Source: an uncultured virus (IMG/VR IMGVR_UViG_3300034062_000507)
Taxonomy: Duplodnaviria; Heunggongvirae; Uroviricota; Caudoviricetes
IMG/VR virus record: IMGVR_UViG_3300034062_000507
Strand: one strand, 5' to 3'
DNA length: 20,000 nt
The notes under the pieces are model-generated. The model was not told the DNA's origin. It did not search any database and was given only the letters and a program-made list of their open reading frames with translations. Positions 16,611 through 20,000 of the stretch are shown one piece after another. How positions within the stretch are numbered: position 1 is the stretch's first letter; every line of letters begins with the position of its first letter. The translations under genes were made by a program, and so were the position numbers.

Positions 16611-16870
16611 GCCATTGGGCCCCGAGCCATCACGCCTTTAGTGGCGCAACCAGTACCGCGAATTTTGATGCCAGTTGTTTTTACGTCGGGGTTATAGCCA
16701 TCACGGTTAATGTTTCCGACAGACATCTTTACATCATCCGCGCGGGTAGGTTTAGCGCCGCTGTAGCCGTTACCAAGCTCAACTTTTCCGGCAGTCATGG
16801 TATGCGGTGGCGCATAGACTTCGGCAGCGCCGACTTCTTTACCCATCATCTTTTTGCTGAAGGTAGCCAT
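16607..16870 (-). CDS. Small basic protein (87 aa; start reassigned to ATG 16870)
   Basis: RBS AAGGAGG precedes ATG 16870. MATFSKKMMGK...KTTGIKIRGTGCATKGVMARGPMA. Confidence 0.75.
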   Translation of the reverse strand: MATFSKKMMGKEVGAAEVYAPPHTMTAGKVELGNGYSGAKPTRADDVKMSVGNINRDGYNPDVKTTGIKIRGTGCATKGVMARGPMA

Positions 16871-16871
16871 A

Positions 16872-17075
16872 TTAAGCCTCCTTTTTGTAAGTGAACGAAG
16901 ACTTTTTCTGGTTGGCAACCTTGGCCAAGCCACGACCCAGAGTTTTCATCTGAGAGTTAGTCTTACCGCCCTTAGCCAATTTCGTCATAGGCTGGCCTTT
17001 GTGCTTAGCCCTCTCGTGCGCATGCACTGCGCCTGCCGCTGTCTTCTTGTCTTGCGCCAAATCTTTCTTGTCCAT
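16872..17075 (-). CDS. Small Lys-rich basic protein
   Basis: 67 aa: MDKKDLAQDKK..VHAHE..KLAKGGKT..GRGLAKV. RBS AGGAG. Confidence 0.75.
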   Translation of the reverse strand: MDKKDLAQDKKTAAGAVHAHERAKHKGQPMTKLAKGGKTNSQMKTLGRGLAKVANQKKSSFTYKKEA

Positions 17076-17076
17076 A

Positions 17077-17508
17077 TCAAGCTCCTATCTGTATCGTTAC
17101 TGTACCAATTTGTACGCCCAACAACAAGTAGTTTGGTGTTAGTACGCTATCAAAACCTTGTGCCCCGCCAACCGGGTTCCACCCCCACTGAATATCTCTA
17201 CTACCTTGGTTTGGAAAGCCAAAACCATCTGGCGCGGTGCTGTTAGTCAATAGAATTTGCAGCCCGCTAGTTCCTGATTGCGTATAGCTTACATCAGGGC
17301 GCGGCTCTCGTACAGCCTGTGGGTCATCCACTGGGTACATACCCAACTGCAACTGCGGCTGATCCGGGTCCCAGCACTCTGGACACACCTTCAAATTGAA
17401 TAGGCGCGTCTTAATGATCTCTTTCTTCAGGTCTTTAAGCATGTACCGCTGATCACAGCGGTCACACTGGGCAATTGCATATTTACCTGAGGCGTATCTA
17501 CTGGACAT
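17077..17508 (-). CDS. CxxC...CxxC (zinc-ribbon) phage protein
   Basis: 143 aa: AIAQCDRC...LKVCPECWDPDQPQ..DPQAVREPRPD. Confidence 0.75.
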   Translation of the reverse strand: MSSRYASGKYAIAQCDRCDQRYMLKDLKKEIIKTRLFNLKVCPECWDPDQPQLQLGMYPVDDPQAVREPRPDVSYTQSGTSGLQILLTNSTAPDGFGFPNQGSRDIQWGWNPVGGAQGFDSVLTPNYLLLGVQIGTVTIQIGA

Positions 17509-17511
17509 ACA

Positions 17512-18450
17512 TCACCTGTAGAACATCTGTCGCGGGACAAAACGAGCAGGAGCCTTTTCACGATCTTCTTGTGAGGCTAACGTCCACTGTTCCTCGTACG
17601 CAGCTTTAAGCATCGCAATACGCTCCATAGGCACGTCGGAACGTTTTGAGCCAACATAATACGCTAGACCAGCCACTACGCACGGGATCAGCCGGAACGG
17701 GATATCCTGCACGTTAACGCCGTTGCCGGCATCTTGCATGCGGCGCATGCGCCAGTATACGAACACGTACTGATCGCCGGGGGCGTTAGGGGTCGGCCAC
17801 ACATTTACAGACGTGAGATTATTGATCGTTACAGCCGCGCCTATTGCATGGTTAGCAGCAGTTGTGTTGGCGACTCCGTTGTACTGACCACGATAGCAGT
17901 TGAGCAGCTGATTGCCGCTGACGTTTGCGTAGTAGATGGTCTCTGAACCAATCGTGATAAACCCTGTAGCAGGCAGAGTTGTAGTGGAACTAAGAGTGAT
18001 GGTTGTATCTGTTGATAGCACTGCCGTAGCCACAGTTGCGTCGGACAGATAGCTTTCGTTTGATTGGCGGTTGATCCACATCTGAATGGGGCGACCCTGA
18101 GACAGCTTATTCGGCAGGGTGGAGTACGTGGACTCAGATATGCGGCTGATGTTGATGTCAATCTGGTTAGGCGTGGTCGCCTGCGTGCGGATAACCTGAT
18201 CCAACAAATCAATCGTAGTACTAGGCAAAGCATAGACGCCTTGCCCGGTATTCATTACGAATTGGCCTTGCTCAATAGTCCATAAATTGATACCACGGTT
18301 GGCCCATTCAATCGTCAACATGTTGAAAGAGCGGCGTGCGGTACGAAACTCATAGCCAGTACGAACCTCAAGACCCGCCCGCTCATACGCCTCCTCAACA
18401 ATATCGTTGAAGTCTAGGTTAAAGGTAGAGAGTCCTGAAGTGGAAGCCAT
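17512..18450 (-). CDS. Head-tail adaptor-like virion protein with inserted beta domain
   Basis: 312 aa: DIVEEAYERAG..ARRSFNMLTIEWANRGINLWT..GRPIQMWI..[insert]..VWPTP..P.R..PCVVAGLAYY. Confidence 0.65.
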   Translation of the reverse strand: MASTSGLSTFNLDFNDIVEEAYERAGLEVRTGYEFRTARRSFNMLTIEWANRGINLWTIEQGQFVMNTGQGVYALPSTTIDLLDQVIRTQATTPNQIDINISRISESTYSTLPNKLSQGRPIQMWINRQSNESYLSDATVATAVLSTDTTITLSSTTTLPATGFITIGSETIYYANVSGNQLLNCYRGQYNGVANTTAANHAIGAAVTINNLTSVNVWPTPNAPGDQYVFVYWRMRRMQDAGNGVNVQDIPFRLIPCVVAGLAYYVGSKRSDVPMERIAMLKAAYEEQWTLASQEDREKAPARFVPRQMFYR

Positions 18451-18683
18451 TATCTAAATCCCGCTGTTTTCTTTGCGACCGTTTTAGGTTGGGCTACGAA
18501 TTGCTTCCCGGCTTTTTTGCCAGCACGCTTTGCACGAGTTGTAGCAGCATACTCAGCCGGGCTGAGACTTTTGATCGCAGCTTCTGGAAGGTATCGCTCA
18601 CCTGTTTTACTAGACGGTTTTCCACTTTTGGTTCTCCATTTTTGGTCGCCCCAATCCTTTAGGGATTTCTGTGGTGCTTTCAT
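18450..18683 (-). CDS. Small basic protein, DUF5872-like (start reassigned to ATG 18683)
   Basis: 77 aa: MKAPQKSLKDWGDQKWRTKSGKPSSKTGERYLPEAAIK... ATG lies 1 nt after the upstream stop. Family recalled from motif. Confidence 0.65.
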   Translation of the reverse strand: MKAPQKSLKDWGDQKWRTKSGKPSSKTGERYLPEAAIKSLSPAEYAATTRAKRAGKKAGKQFVAQPKTVAKKTAGFR

Positions 18684-18684
18684 C

Positions 18685-18960
18685 TCAGTCTCGATACCCG
18701 CCGCCAGCAGCCTTGTACTTCTTGGCCACAAGCTGCGCTTTTCTCGCGCTCCATTGCCCTGCGCCAGTGCCCTGCGTTGCTGCGGCTTTTACCTGCGACA
18801 CAATCCGCTTGCGCAGACTGGGCTTGGTGTAGTTGCCAGCCGCGTTTACCTTGCCACCCTCTTTGTACTGGGTGAAATCAGTGTCATCCCGTCGCGCCTT
18901 TTTCTTAGCGCCGGGCATTTTGGAAGGGCGGATATCGCCCATACCTCGGGATGCCAACAT
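18685..18960 (-). CDS. Small basic protein (NYTKP..GQWSARKAQ family)
   Basis: 91 aa: MLASRGMGDI..YKEGGKV..NYTKPSLRKRI..GQWSARKAQLVAKKYKAAGGGY. RBS AAGGA. Confidence 0.75.
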   Translation of the reverse strand: MLASRGMGDIRPSKMPGAKKKARRDDTDFTQYKEGGKVNAAGNYTKPSLRKRIVSQVKAAATQGTGAGQWSARKAQLVAKKYKAAGGGYRD

Positions 18961-18970
18961 GATTTAATCC

Positions 18971-19192
18971 TTAACAAATAGTGCCGCGAGTTTTGCCTTT
19001 GGTAGCGATACCATCAGCGCGCTTAGAAGCTGAACCAGTAGAACCGCCTTTGGCGAACGCCTTTGGCTTGCTAGGCTTTGGTTTTGGCTTAGGAGCCGAA
19101 CCACCATCAATATCCTGCGGGGGAGGAAGGCCGGAGTCTTCCGTATAAACGCCATCTTTGATGCCGCGTGATTTTTTCATCTCGTCGTTCAT
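18971..19192 (-). CDS. Small basic protein
   Basis: 73 aa: PKPKPKPSKPK..FAKGGSTGSASKRADGIATKGKTRGTIC. RBS AAGGAG. Confidence 0.75.
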   Translation of the reverse strand: MNDEMKKSRGIKDGVYTEDSGLPPPQDIDGGSAPKPKPKPSKPKAFAKGGSTGSASKRADGIATKGKTRGTIC

Positions 19193-19201
19193 AAGAACTC
19201 C

Positions 19202-19594
19202 TTAGCAGGTCTTGCCGCCACTCTTCATAGTGATCATTTTGCCTTTGGTTTTACCCTTGGCTTCGATGCCGCCACCTTTAGCCGCGAAGATAGGCACTTT
19301 TTTGCCATCTTTCATTTTCATAGGCATGCCACCTTTTTTCATGCCCATAGCTGTATCAGCCATAGGAGTAGGCTTCTTCATGCCGTCTTTGGCAGTGCTC
19401 ATGCCGGGTTTCATTGTGGGCTTGCCCATTTTTGTAGTAGCCATAGTATCACCGCCTTTTGAAAATTTGCGGCCCTTGTCCGCGTTTGAGAACTCTTTGC
19501 CCACGGATTGTGGGACGCCTGCTTTCTTAGCAAACGCTGGGTTGTTAGCCACCGCTGCCATTAAATTATGTTGTTTCTTACTCGTACTTGGCAT
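19202..19594 (-). CDS. Lys/Met/Gly-rich basic protein
   Basis: 130 aa: MPSTSKKQHNLMAAVANNPAFAKK..FSKGG..MKKGG..AAKGG..KGKTKG..MKSGG. Confidence 0.75.
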   Translation of the reverse strand: MPSTSKKQHNLMAAVANNPAFAKKAGVPQSVGKEFSNADKGRKFSKGGDTMATTKMGKPTMKPGMSTAKDGMKKPTPMADTAMGMKKGGMPMKMKDGKKVPIFAAKGGGIEAKGKTKGKMITMKSGGKTC

Positions 19595-19823
19595 TTGGAA
19601 CTTTCAGATTATCAATCTTGCGTTCAATCCTGTCAAAACGATCCAGCAGCTGCTGCATATCCGCACGGAACTCTGAGCGAGTAATGTGATCACGAGCAAC
19701 TTCTTCGCGGGTGCGGTTGAGCAAAATACTCAGCCGGTCCAACTCATCAAACTTGCCTTTAAGCAAAAAGCCCATGATCGCCACAATGGCACTTAGGGCT
19801 GCATTCCAGAGCATCATTTCCAT
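19578..19823 (-). CDS. Small membrane-anchored coiled-coil protein
   Basis: 81 aa. N-terminal TM (LWNAALSAIVAIMGFLL) and heptad tail (LLDRFDRIERKIDNL). Confidence 0.7.
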   Translation of the reverse strand: MEMMLWNAALSAIVAIMGFLLKGKFDELDRLSILLNRTREEVARDHITRSEFRADMQQLLDRFDRIERKIDNLKVPNAKYE

Positions 19824-19824
19824 G

Positions 19825-20000
19825 TCAGCAATTCCATGCCCGCAGGCTCTTGTTGATCCGCGAATCCGGGTCTTTGGCCGTCTTCTCGCTTGTCAGCTTC
19901 GATTTCATCCCCTTCATGCGGGCGCAAAAAGAGTCGCGCCTGCTGCCGCCCTCGGGCTGTGGAGCCTTGAGGCCCGGCTTGCCGGGGTTCGCTTTGTTGT
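19825..20000 (-). CDS. Small basic phage protein, DUF6321-like (5' end outside window; absent from the ORF track)
   Basis: Open frame NKANPGKPGLKAPQPEGGSRRDSFCARMKGMKSKLTSEKTAKDPDSRINKSLRAWNC*, with SFCARM and WxC motifs. Confidence 0.7.
   Translation of the reverse strand, partial: NKANPGKPGLKAPQPEGGSRRDSFCARMKGMKSKLTSEKTAKDPDSRINKSLRAWNC

Larger units (their letters stand above)
1..20000 (-). mobile_element. Tailed phage (Caudoviricetes) structural and lysis module; probably podovirus-like; free phage versus prophage cannot be determined
   Basis: More than 30 co-oriented, tightly packed ORFs including a GH19 endolysin, holin, tail fibres and adaptor-like proteins. No host housekeeping genes and no integrase in the window. 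Confidence 0.93.

Noticed and set aside
16871..16933. Longer start for the 16607 ORF (16933), and likewise 18731 for the 18450 ORF
   Set aside because: These overlap upstream genes; downstream ATGs at 16870 (strong RBS) and 18683 (coupled to the upstream stop) fit better.
153..19676. All plus-strand ORFs in the track (e.g. 5140-5742, 6392-6991, 7120-7761)
   Set aside because: Antisense shadows of coherent minus-strand genes; no recognisable motifs.

Overview
This window is the virion-morphogenesis and lysis region of a tailed dsDNA phage, most likely podovirus-like with a P22-style tail/ejection gene order. Every credible gene is on the minus strand, tightly packed, with AGGA-type RBSs and stop/start overlaps. 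In transcription order (right to left): a cluster of small Lys/Gly-rich basic proteins; two head-tail adaptor-like proteins flanking a CxxC protein; a long modular fibre/receptor-binding block (20-aa repeat shaft, five-repeat beta-propeller fibre, T4 gp9/gp10-like fibre domains, two Gly-rich adhesin plus chaperone triads); a 95-nt intergenic region with a predicted pseudoknot; a lysis-type cassette (lipoprotein, an unannotated 31-aa TM peptide, a membrane-anchored protein, holin, GH19 endolysin); a gp10-like tail hub; a cupin; a 637-aa low-complexity internal protein; a GNAT-like protein; and a gp7-like ejection protein that runs off the left edge. The most notable signals are a recurring hydrophobic-x-x-Gly-Gly motif shared by otherwise unrelated internal/basic proteins (possible processing or packaging signal), the pseudoknot leader ahead of the lysis cassette, and the multi-adhesin tail apparatus. 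All family assignments come from motif recognition by eye; no database search was run.
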